DNA of 64,000 bases from Pecten maximus (lineage: Eukaryota): NCBI RefSeq assembly GCF_902652985.1, contig NC_047025.1, forward strand, positions 36,890,001 to 36,954,000. The letters run 5' to 3'. Made by a program: the position numbers and the translations under genes. The notes beneath the pieces are model-generated. The model made no database searches. It had not been told where the DNA came from and saw only the letters and a program-made list of their open reading frames with translations. Of this stretch, positions 12,341 to 22,654 are shown one piece after another (position 1 is the first letter of the stretch; each line of letters starts with the position of its first letter).

Positions 12341-13395
12341 GACTTTCTGCTGTGATCTAAATTCACTCGACAATCTCGTTTGATGTGTCCTGGCTGTCCA
12401 CATCTCCAGCATACTGGTCTATCACTATCTCCTCTATAAGGTTTGTCCTGCCTCCTATAGTCCTGAGGTACCTTATAAGATCCACGTGCAGGTGGACAAC
12501 CATGGCCTGACTCCCTATTCTTCTGTAAGGATACTAAATCCTGTTTCAGCTTAGACATCTCAGTCGTAAGGTCCTTTACCAAAGCCTTCATTTCTTTAAT
12601 GTCCTCGTTGTGTGGTATGGCAACCTTAACAGGTTTAGGCTTCTCTGGTGAGGCGTCGGCCTGCTCTATCTGCCTAACAGCAATGCGAAGTTTGTCATAG
12701 TCCTGAATAGTATCAAACTTGTGACCAGTAACATCACGTAGCGACTTCTTAAGTCCACGCCAAAACTTAGTCCGTAACATCTCTGTGACCTGAGATTGGG
12801 TAAGCTCACATCGGGTTTTAGCTCTATCCAAAATATCTTCAAGTCTACTGGCCCAAGATGTCACACTCTCTGAATCTTCTTGTTTAGCAGAATAAAATTT
12901 GGCAAGCAAATCCTCTGCAGCAGCAATGTTTCCATAGTTTCCAGTCATCTTATCCAACACCTGTTGTAATGCAACTGAAGATCCCATTCTTCTAGCTGTA
13001 TTTGCTGCTTCACCTCTTAAAGATCTTCTCACGGCTTGGAAAATAGCCTGATCCTTGTAAATTCCATCTCGTTGTAACATCTCAACCTCATAGATCCATT
13101 GCTCAAACGGTACCTCTCCATGAGGGACTTGTGGAGATCCTGAAAATATGGAAATCTTCGGCACATAATATGAAGTATTATGTGTGCTGGATGGTACTGT
13201 ATCATCTCGATGATCTTGTAACACCTGGGAAAGATCGAGGATCGGTTCACGCTTCACAACCTTGGCTTTAGCTCCTCCCGCTAAAAGATCAGTTAACCAC
13301 TGAGCTGCAGTATCCTTAGATTCTAGATCTGGTTTAAGGTTCATAGCTGCTAAAGCCTCCATCAAATGTTCAGCTTGCTTCCCAGCATCCGCCAT
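12301..13395 (-). CDS. gag: Gag (PNMA-like capsid plus CCHC zinc knuckle); probable start MADAGK
   Basis: KISIFSG...EVPFEQWIYEVE capsid-like motif; CWRCGQPGHIKRDC knuckle; strong context ACTATGG at 13395. Confidence 0.93.
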   Translation of the reverse strand: MADAGKQAEHLMEALAAMNLKPDLESKDTAAQWLTDLLAGGAKAKVVKREPILDLSQVLQDHRDDTVPSSTHNTSYYVPKISIFSGSPQVPHGEVPFEQWIYEVEMLQRDGIYKDQAIFQAVRRSLRGEAANTARRMGSSVALQQVLDKMTGNYGNIAAAEDLLAKFYSAKQEDSESVTSWASRLEDILDRAKTRCELTQSQVTEMLRTKFWRGLKKSLRDVTGHKFDTIQDYDKLRIAVRQIEQADASPEKPKPVKVAIPHNEDIKEMKALVKDLTTEMSKLKQDLVSLQKNRESGHGCPPARGSYKVPQDYRRQDKPYRGDSDRPVCWRCGQPGHIKRDCRVNLDHSRKSLNARTPTGLGHQ

Positions 13396-14790
13396 AGTTG
13401 AAGTATTACACAGAGTACACAAGCACAATAATACAAGTAATATAATCATGAAGTCCAATGTGAAAAATGAGAGCCAATACTGCAAAAAAAACCTAACAAA
13501 GTCCAAATATGCCGATAACTGGAAATAAATTCAAGAAAATTTTAAAGTCCAAATAAGCTGAAAATCAAAAATAAATACAGAAAATTCATCAAAGTCCAAA
13601 CACAGGTAATAATACACAAGAAAATATTATATAAATGTGTATAGGAAAATAAACACTAGCAATAAATCAAAGTCCAAATTTATCTGAAAATCAAAGCTGA
13701 AATTGAAAAAGAAATGAAAACGCAAACACGGTTCAAATTAATAGAGCTAGTCTAAAGCCTACAAGGTGTCTGAAATTCACAAAAATAAACAACCACAAAA
13801 TATCTGAAATGCAAAAAGATACAAACAATGTCAAAGCGACAAATATTTCTAAGTATAAACACCTAAAGCAATAAATTCTAACACCGAATAAATCAATTAA
13901 ATGAAAGAAAATCCACAAAATCTGAAAGAAAAACTCATAGATTCAAAGATATACAAAATAAAGTACTATGTAAAGGGAAATAATCATTAGCTAATCTATC
14001 AAGGGCAAATAACTCACCAATGTCAAGACAATAATCAACAAGATAATCTAATTACATATATAAGCAAGCATGTGTCTAGATGGCATTGATAAAAAAACAA
14101 ATTGACATAACACACAAACTAAAGTAATCTAGATTACAGGGTATTACGCGAAAACCGAAAACTCCGAACAGAAAAGAAAAGCGTGTCGCAAGCGCAGCAG
14201 TTCAACATATATAACACACAAACACAGATTGAACAACAAATAATAATCACATGGAAGTCACGACAGTGTAATGTCAGTTAATGTGTCTTGGTCAGTGCAA
14301 AATATCAACTACCCAACTAAGAATAGATAAACCGACAAATAAAGAACCAATGCAGCAAAAGATTTACTAAGTATACAAAGATACTAACCTTTCTACAGCG
14401 GGTAAGCAGGGCAGGTACAGGTAGAAGTTTCCATGCTCACATTCAGATTCACGATTCAGATCCACACATTTTACGAATAATACAGGAATAAACACATGAC
14501 AACACTAAATTCCAAATAGAATACACGAATAAACACATAAATAATCCATGCTATAATGAATGAGTCACTGAATAATATCCTTTCCCGTCATAAAGTTCAA
14601 TTTAGTTCAAAATGAAAACGTAAGTCCATTCACATGTGTGCCACCATCAACATCCGGTTTCACATATCGGTGTCACCTTCCCATAGTGCCATACTGAAAA
14701 GTTCCGGGTGCAAAAGTTCCGGACCAAACTGGAATTCGACGATCACGTCAGGCAAGTGCAAACCCTCCGGTCCCTCAGTCTAACGGAGTA

Positions 14791-14808
14791 GTCCCTACAT
14801 GGGCGCCA
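14791..14808 (-). other. Primer-binding site of element 1, tRNA-Lys-like (TGGCGCCCATGTAGGGAC)
   Basis: 2 nt after the 5' LTR; 14/18 match to the tRNA-Lys3-type PBS TGGCGCCCGAACAGGGAC. Confidence 0.8.
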
Positions 14809-14810
14809 TT

Positions 14811-15394
14811 TGTAGCGGGGTGTAATATGTCTTAAAATGATGACAATGCCGCTGGGTTCGTTTGATTTCAAAGGTTTTATTATTACTCAAAAACCCACGT
14901 TAACACGTATAGTGCATCAACGTGAGGCTTAACACTGCTCACTTCCATGACCGTCATATACCGCACAACAGATGTAAACAATACAGGAATACGACTCTAT
15001 ATGGTGACAGATGAATTCGAAGACCTACATTTTGTAGCTCCGGCTTCAATGACGTCGAAATTCAAATGTCCCGAAACACAAAGAAACAAAGACTAAAACC
15101 ACAGATAAGAACTTTCAACCAATCAAACAACTTTGTTACAGTCACATGTCACGTTCGTCAGTGAAATATACTCACAGGTACAAAGACATACACATACCAA
15201 TATACAAACACGCGCACGGGATCGCCGGTAACGAATATATATATATGCACGGACGCAGGTAAAAGGTCGCGAGGGCCTTATACCTCAATAATAAATACCT
15301 TACATATTTATTATATTTTATTAATAATTATCACACATATACATGTATACATTTCACAAATATCAAACACTTTATTAAAAATAACCCTATTACA
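14811..15394 (-). repeat. 5' LTR of Gypsy element 1 (584 bp)
   Basis: Direct repeat of 7103-7686. Confidence 0.97.
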
Positions 15395-16996
15395 TAACAC
15401 AACAGACTTCCTACATCCACATCTCTGTATATGGGATCCAGATATAAGATATTGATCAGATTTACAGATTGTTTTGCTGTCCTACAAATGAATTTACATT
15501 TGTGTATTCATGCAGTATAACAGAAATGATCATTAAGCAGTCTGAGTTTCAAGGTTTAGTTTAATTAGCTTAAACCAACCCAGGATATAGATGATGTATC
15601 AATTCTGTACTCTGCTACCGTGTACTGTGCAACAAGAAGCATTAAAGGATAAAGATTCCTGTTTCTTAGGGGTTTATAAAACCAACACATCCAGCTACAA
15701 TTAATTTTAAGATCCATGAGCTCTTTAAATTGGTAGAAATTAAAAGTTAATTACAGTGAGAGCTTTATGATTCATATGAATGGAGCAAAATGTATAATAA
15801 AATTAAAAGACTCGGGTTTGATGTATGGGGTATTGGACTGTTACTATAGGTCTAAAAAGATACAATTGTATACAGTTTGTAATCTGACAGGGGACACAAC
15901 TCTACATAGTTATACTATTCTTTTGATATGCTTAAAGGTGAGGTTGGTGCACCTTTTGACCTCTCATATGTTTGTTACCAAATGGAGGTGTATTAACTTT
16001 CTTGAGAATAAGTTTGTACTACAGAAAAGAAAAGATTTAAAGGCATCTGATTAAACTACATGTATATGTATATAATTATATGTTACGGTACATGTACATA
16101 ATTCCAACAACATGCACAACTATTTGACTGGTCCAGCAACCTGTATAATTATAAAGGATTCAGCACATTTTTGTACAATTATTTGTTACAATTAATTTCT
16201 GTAACATCACTAATTGTCAGCACACCAGAAATCGGTACATAGGAAGGTCGCGAACAAATGACACACAGGTAAGGCTTTGGAATGATATATATATATATTG
16301 CCTGTTTATATATACATCAATCACAATTTCACATGTTCTAAATTGTTTGCTATATTAACTAAGACTAGATATTAATGTCAAAGAGTACTACACCAGGGGA
16401 GGTAATCTGATATTGGTTCTCAGATTCTAGCTGTACCACCTAATTCCAGCAGCCGAGCCCCAGCAGATTAATAGAAGTCCAACAAGGATCAGAGAAAATT
16501 AGAGTATTTAAGTCAATGTCTTCTGTTTTTTTCAAATATTTAAAATAACATTTAATTTTGATAATGCTATGTTAAATGAACATAAATGTAAAACATGTTG
16601 GAATCAAACATGTACTGTTTAAAAAAAAACAAAAAAACTATTGACAAGATATTATTGAATGAGACAACAATTTGGCTTGCAAAGTTATTAAAATCTTAAG
16701 TACTTTCAATTACAATGAACTAGCACATCTGCATTTGTTACTAATTTTTTTATCTGGAACATGCATTTTTTTTTTCTATAGATTTAAGAAAAATAACAGT
16801 TTCTATATCAGGGTAGGATAGGCTTTGAATGTATGTACATGAGATGATTTGAAGTGATGTTTAATGGTTGCACTCTAAATCTAAGAGGTTATCTATCGAA
16901 ACATTCCGTTATCTCCAGGTAAAGATGTAATCGTGTGAACTCGGCCCATTTACACCTGTATATTAAAAGATTTTCCTGATCTCAACACAACATAGA

Positions 16997-17128
16997 TATT
17001 CCTTATGATACCCAGGTATTAGTGTAGAACACATCTCGGTATTACACTATCACACGAGTATTCCTTATGATACCCATGGCCAGGTATTAGTGTAGAACAC
17101 ATCTCGGTATTACACTATCACACGAGTA
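16997..17128. repeat. Two-copy tandem duplication (~62-68 bp)
   Basis: TATTCCTTATGATACCCA...CACACGAGTA twice, with a 6-bp indel. Confidence 0.9.
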
Positions 17129-18944
17129 CCTGTCAACTGATAAGCGATCTGACAGATATGCACTTCTGATTTCCTATCTGTATATGTCACATTGAAACAG
17201 GCTACTGGCTCCTATTTCTCATCATATGCTGTTTATATCATCTACAATTCAGAGCATTTTATCCTCATTAATCATCCTTAAAATGTCAGTTGGTATTTTA
17301 CCTTTTTACTGTGACAAAATTCTACCTATATTATGATTCATGCACCTGCCCCTATAACAGAGGTCTGGTGCACTATTTGAAACACAAAAAAGTTCCGTTC
17401 CTCACTATAATATCATCTTTAGTTTTTTAACTAAAGACTGAATTATTATCCTTAAAAAAAGAAATATGAATAAAGAAACTTGTTTTTTAATCCACCCAAA
17501 TTTCCATGGAAACTTTCCCGTTAGATTATCACACCCCTTTTGTCTTTTATTAAGTATGCAGTCCACTTATTAGATAAACTATGGTATACATGTATATGTA
17601 TTACGTGTATACACACATAGGGACTCTTCAGTCTAATGATTTAATCTGTTTTATTAATGTTGTGTTTCTATTTTTCAAGAAATTTAAGAATTTATAGTAC
17701 ACACATAATTAGGATAATTTTTTATTCAAAAGATTAATTAATTATTCAAACCAGGGGTATCCAGATTGACATGCATACAGAAACTAAAGCATGAATTTCA
17801 CAAAAGAATACAAACATTAACTGATAAATTACTAATAATTAACTCATGTATTGAATTGAATAAGACCCCTGATATGATAATTGATATATAGGTGCTGTAA
17901 TTACAAATGATGTCACTGAAACTTTCACAATATCGAGCTGTGTCTAGGATGTTCTACTGTCATTCATGGAGCTGTGCTCTATAAAGCTATTACATATAAT
18001 GTGGTATTGACGTAGATAACATATGACTACATGTATGGTGGATATTGATCTGCCATAAAACATTCCAGCTATTGAATGGTATGACAAGTGACACACAGAC
18101 TTGGTCTAACACTGAACACTCATAACTACACATACAATGTATTTTTATCAATGTGCCGTGTCTTAAAAATGCCTTAAAATGTGCACTGATAGATAGAGTA
18201 AGTGGTTATTTTCCATTCCCTGAACTCTACCTTTCCTATTTTAATAATTAACAATAACTCCAATTTTTTTAATTTTAATTACATTTCCTCATTATCATCA
18301 GTACATTATTACTATGTGTTAGTGGTCTTTAAGGTTATATATAATTAAAGTTCTTACATGTCACTAAAAGTCCAGCTGTTTCATGCCCATTATGACAGAT
18401 TTATGTTTTTGAAGTTTAAATTTTTTGGTACAGCTAAGGTCACATGATATGACATGTCAGTGATGTTATCGGTCCATTGATAGTATTTAATATTGACCAG
18501 AATATATGAAGGGCAAGAAAATTATCACTGAAAAGTCTGGTAAGTTAAGACAGAAAGAAAAAAGATCACAATCATGCATGTTTGTGAAAGGGGTATTCAT
18601 AAAACAGGAAAAGGAAGTCTGCTGGAGGTCTCGGAGTAAATTTCATAAAATCCAGAGAGGATAGTCTGTAAAGAACGCCTATGAAATACTGATACTGAAC
18701 TTCTATCAATCCATGTTTAAATAACAACCAGCACATCATAAGTGTTACACACTATAAGTGTAAAAAGGTAAATCTTCTTGAAGAACTAAATGGATTTTGA
18801 TGAAATATCCACGTGATCTTTGGAATAAATTTCCACATGCAGAAACTCTTTTAAAACTTGAAATATTGCTAGGTGGATACTGGAAAAACAATTGCTTACT
18901 TCATAATTTATGAACACTAACTTTATCCATTGCATATATATATA

Positions 18945-19051
18945 TAGTGGTATAGGCTGCGGGTATTTCTGGCTAGGCGATTGGGTGCCGTAGATCTTGA
19001 GTTCGAGGCCTGGTCAGGGCACGAGTCAAAAAATTGTCTTCCTTCATCACA
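18945..19051 (+). mobile_element. tRNA-derived fragment (SINE head or solo tRNA-type LTR)
   Basis: A-box-like TAGTGGTATAGG and B-box-like GAGTTCGAGGCC; no cloverleaf. Confidence 0.55.
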
Positions 19052-19116
19052 AACAAATGTTGGATGCATATTACTAGAAATAGATAATTATAATTTTTTT
19101 TTTTTTGTAATACAAA

Positions 19117-19596
19117 TGTACATGTATATTGATATAGATAAAGAGGCTTTATAAGCCTGCATCCATAATGCACCATCCTAATTCCTGATATCTTGCTAGG
19201 TTGAACATAGAATGTAGAATATAGCAAGCCTGAAGACCTAGTCTGATCCCTAGGTGAGGCACTGAAATATTTTTTTAGCTTACCATGCACTGATCTGTAA
19301 CATTGACACCCATGTAGGGACTCAGGAATCATTGGATATTTAACGTTACTTTCACAACCATCTACATTGTAACCCCTAATGAAGACTTAATGAGGCTAAG
19401 TGAGTTTTTCCCTAGAGGAGCCGAGGAGTTGTAAACTTGTATACAATATACCACTTATAGCTGGAGAGAACTTCTCATTAGCTTGAATCGGTTGATCATA
19501 GGACTAGTAAAAATTAAGCCACAGGTCCTGGCTTTCGATCCCTATCAGAGGCACCGAAATACATTTTCTCTCTCATTAATCCTGCATTCTGTTACA
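19117..19596 (+). mobile_element. Degenerate TRIM with tRNA-like LTRs (Helenus-like): 5' LTR ~19117-19302, PBS 19304-19321, PPT 19414-19428, 3' LTR 19430-19596
   Basis: Both LTRs end CTGT(A/T)ACA and share GATCCCT...GAGGCAC(C/T)GAAATA; PBS TGACACCCATGTAGGGAC; PPT AGAGGAGCCGAGGAG before TGTAAAC; A/B-box-like motifs in the 3' LTR; 5' boundary uncertain. Confidence 0.65.
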
Positions 19597-19664
19597 TATC
19601 TGATATTGTAATAAAGTTTGGTTTGTAATAGTAATAGTGTAACGTACACAGGGAGTACAACGGA

Positions 19665-19714
19665 GCGGTCACCCATCCAAGAGCTGACCATGCTCGACAT
19701 TGCTTAACTTCGGT
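19665..19714 (-). ncRNA. 5S rRNA-derived internal control region (box A, IE, box C) inside the TRIM 3' LTR; not a complete 5S gene
   Basis: ACCGAAGTTAAGCAATGTCGAGCATGGTCAGCTCTTGGATGGGTGACCGC closely matches the central part of invertebrate 5S rRNA as I recall it. Confidence 0.85.
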
Positions 19715-20003
19715 ACAAAAGCCACAAAAGTTAGCTCTGAAATGCCCATATCCATGAACCATCACAGTACCCCCTTCACCGATAAGCTTCATCCCGAAGC
19801 TTCCATGGGTTCAACCTGGCATCCTCAGCAAACACAACTGTCCCTGTTATTGTTATAGTGGTGCCGCCTCATGACCAGACCCCCTGGTCACCAACAAGTC
19901 TCCAGGAACATTGTGCTTCCCATGCTGTCTAAGGGCACCCTACAGGATACCTGAGGCCCCTTTCGCTGCCACCAAATGTAACGTGCACAAGGGGAACAAC
20001 GGA

Positions 20004-20046
20004 GCAGTCAACCATCCAAGAGCTGACCACGCTCGACGTTGCTTAA
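20004..20046 (-). ncRNA. Second 5S-derived segment in the TRIM 5' LTR, cut at TTAA inside box A (continues at 21953)
   Basis: TTAAGCAACGTCGAGCGTGGTCAGCTCTTGGATGGTTGACTGC. Confidence 0.8.
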
Positions 20047-21948
20047 AGCCACATACTCCCAAAGAAACATATATCAATGGTTACATTTTGAACTTTTTAT
20101 AGTTTTCAGACTTGATACATACCTAACAGATCATCATTAATCAGAAACTGAAAGAAGATGTGTATTTATGAAAGTATACTGGGTATTCACAAAAATAATT
20201 ACTGTGGCTGCCGGACCAAGTTTCTCTGAAAATTAGTCCCACAATGCAACGGCGGGTTTTACAGTCCATACAAAATGGTAGAATGCCGAAAGCGTGGACC
20301 TGCAAAAACGCAGACATATTCTGCAAAAAAAAAACGTAAAAGGGAGTGGAATAGCATACATGTCAACCTCTGAAACCTCCAATGAGGGAGATCTCCCTCA
20401 TTCCACATCTAAAATCAGGGAGAAAGTGCGTGAAAAAAATCGCGACATTTTTTTAGGTGATGTTCCTCATGGGCTTGTGCAGGTGTAAATTACCTCGGGC
20501 TACAGTTTGATATTTAAATTTGACAACAATGGTTAATTTTAAAGAATAATGATAATAAAAAAAAAATAGAAGAAAAAAATTAATTTAAAAAAAAATGTTT
20601 TCAGAAATTTCATAGAAAGGAACTGTATTTAGTGTATTATATTATTAATGATGTAGTCACTTGAAATTTGCAACCAGTATACAAAGCAACTACTTATCTC
20701 CTGATTTTTTTTTTTTTCATTATTTTGTTCTGAAATATTTCTAAATGTATCAAATTATCTCCCTTCCTTTCTCAAATAATAATTACACGGTAATTTATTT
20801 CTTTTTGTTTTACTAGTAGTTCTATTATGACATAAAACAAACTTCTTAAAAAGTCTTTTTATTTTCTTTCTGACCCAAATTGAAATCCGGATTTTTGTGG
20901 CAGTTTACGATTTATATTAGTATTGACCAATTAAAGATGGCGGCAGTACAAACGCTGGTACTGACAGCTACGATTAAGAAAGGCATTATTGGCTTTCATG
21001 TGAGTAAATCTTGTTGGCAGATATTATCAGTGTTTGTTCTTGAAGTGATGTATCCTAGTTGTAATCACAAAATTAACTGACCATGTCAAATGAAGCCAAA
21101 TACAGTTGTAATGTATACACCGGTCGGCAGGCTTGCACGATGAGTGGTGACCGACCCTCTCTCACCAAGCCCCAGGCCAGGGCAGCTACACAGGTGGTGG
21201 GGTTGTTTTGATTACATAATCAGATTAGGGTCGAAGTGTCTGAGATTTCCGGGGTTTTATGAGGGAAGACTGCTCAAATCCGGGAGAAATTTAACCCCGA
21301 TTCGGGAAATGTAACAAATCGGGATTTAGGGGAAATTTAATTGATTTTCCGGGCACTTCCCGCGTAATCCGGGAAGGTTGACACCTATGGAATAGGCAAA
21401 ACCCGAGTATTTCCTTAGGAAAGGAAATGATGTGTTGGAACTAAGTGAGAAAAGATAATGGAATAGACTCTTGCAAATTTCGATTTTGCCGGACGTCTAT
21501 TGGATTGCTGGTTAGCTTTTGAACATTGTCAACTTCACCAATTAAAAATTTTATTGATGTTTTAATTGTATGCATATTGCTACATTTTAAAATTAAGTAT
21601 TAAAATGTAAACTGTGTTTGTTTATTTTTTTTCAGTTATTACACGAATATTCTGTTAATATATTTAAATGAAAGCATTATTAGACAAAGTTCACATATGC
21701 TCAATATGTAAACAACAGCCATGTGTGTAGTTTATGTGCAGCACACGTTGTTATAGCCTTGTTCTCGGCTCATTGACAAATCTTGCGATAAATATAAATG
21801 CAGCGAGTTATTTTTATACACTGATGTCTCAAGGACTCCCCTGGTCAAGCGTCCTGGCCAGTGGTCATTTTAATGTTAGGAGAGCGTGAATGAGCATCTT
21901 GGATTGCCATCAATACATGTGTACAACTAGAATAAGAGTATAGTGGCT
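20047..21948. mobile_element. Non-autonomous TTAA-specific DNA transposon (Kolobok-like termini AG...CT) inserted in the TRIM 5' LTR
   Basis: TTAA TSD at 20043-20046 and 21949-21952; TIR AGCCAC-ATACTC / GAGTATAGTGGCT. Confidence 0.8.
20355..21389. mobile_element. Non-autonomous DNA transposon (1035 bp) with a 6-bp TSD, nested in the TTAA element
   Basis: TSD GAATAG (20349-20354, 21390-21395); 15-bp TIR CATA(CA/GG)TGTCAACCT; subterminal CGGG repeats; 22-bp perfect palindrome at 20381-20402. Confidence 0.82.
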
Positions 21949-22419
21949 TTAACTTCTGTACACAGACAATATACTCATCTGAACAGCCACAAAAGCTAGC
22001 TATTGGATTATGCAGCTGAAATGCCCATATCCATGAACCGCCACATTAGTTCCCGAAACAATCCCATTCCTTCCCAGTACTCAGTCTACTGTTTTGTATT
22101 TTATATTCAAACTCATGTTAAAACACTTAAAACAACTACTTTCAGTAAATGTTGGTCCAACCCTAAACAACTATGTACATACATGAAGTTCCGACAAGCT
22201 TAAGAAAACATTCGGCAAACTGTCATGTTATTCTAGACACGGTTGAGTACCCTACAGTGGAACATAACGTTAGTTATCGTACAAAATGTACAGTGTACAG
22301 CTGACTTGATTACATTAGAATATGTAAACACAACTATATTTCCACGCAATCTCACACCAGCAATTTAAATATCGACCTTCTGATGAGGTTAAGATTAGTT
22401 TTATTTGTGATATACGTAC

Positions 22420-22483
22420 CATTTCGCATTTCATTCTTCTTTTCTCCTATGTAGGAGGCACTTCGAACCAATCCGGTCGCCAT
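22420..22483 (-). CDS. MORN1: First coding exon of a MORN-repeat protein, MORN1-like (MATGLVRSASYIGEKKNEMRN-G)
   Basis: Context CAACATGG; YxGExK..xRNG MORN-type motif; phase-1 donor G|GTACGT after RN-G, where I recall vertebrate MORN1 exon 1 ends; no downstream exon found in the window. Confidence 0.62.
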
Positions 22484-22654
22484 GTTGTTTTCACTGACAA
22501 CGTGATTGGAGCATCTCTTGAGTTATTCTACAAATATACCAATTGGTCCCGAGAATTCCGAACGAATGGGTAATTCTCGCATTCGACAGACACCTGCGAG
22601 ACTTTAAAAGATATTTCAGAAGCCGACAGGAAAAGTCATCATTCGTTGTTCAAG
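22484..22654. promoter_or_regulatory. Compact bidirectional promoter/5' UTR region between divergent ATGs (171 bp)
   Basis: Divergent start codons; CCAAT boxes at ~22504-22509 and 22539-22546; CpG-enriched; RFX-like GTTTTCACTGACAAC. Confidence 0.6.

Larger units (their letters stand above)
7103..15394 (-). mobile_element. Full-length, apparently intact Ty3/Gypsy LTR retrotransposon (8292 bp)
   Basis: Two 584-bp LTRs (TGT...ACA) identical by eye, PBS, PPT, gag with CCHC knuckle, pol in PR-RT-RNaseH-IN order with no stops. Confidence 0.98.
19638..22045 (-). mobile_element. TRIM with 5S rRNA-derived LTRs (Cassandra/Ajax-like), ~500 bp without nested inserts: 3' LTR 19638-19766, PPT 19767-19780, PBS 19964-19974, 5' LTR split into 19977-20046 and 21953-22045
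   Basis: Direct repeats TGTAACG...CCATGAACC(AT/GC)CACA; PBS TGGTGGCAGCG (tRNA-Leu) 2 nt after the LTR; PPT GGTGAAGGGGGTAC; flanks ATAG/TTAG. Confidence 0.85.

Noticed and set aside
19665-19714. Functional 5S rRNA gene
   Set aside because: Only ~50 nt of the internal control region; the 5' and 3' ends of 5S are missing and it sits inside an LTR
20123-20299. Candidate MORN1 exon 2 (CAG|…|GTATGT on the minus strand)
   Set aside because: In-frame stop, no MORN motif, and it lies inside the TTAA transposon
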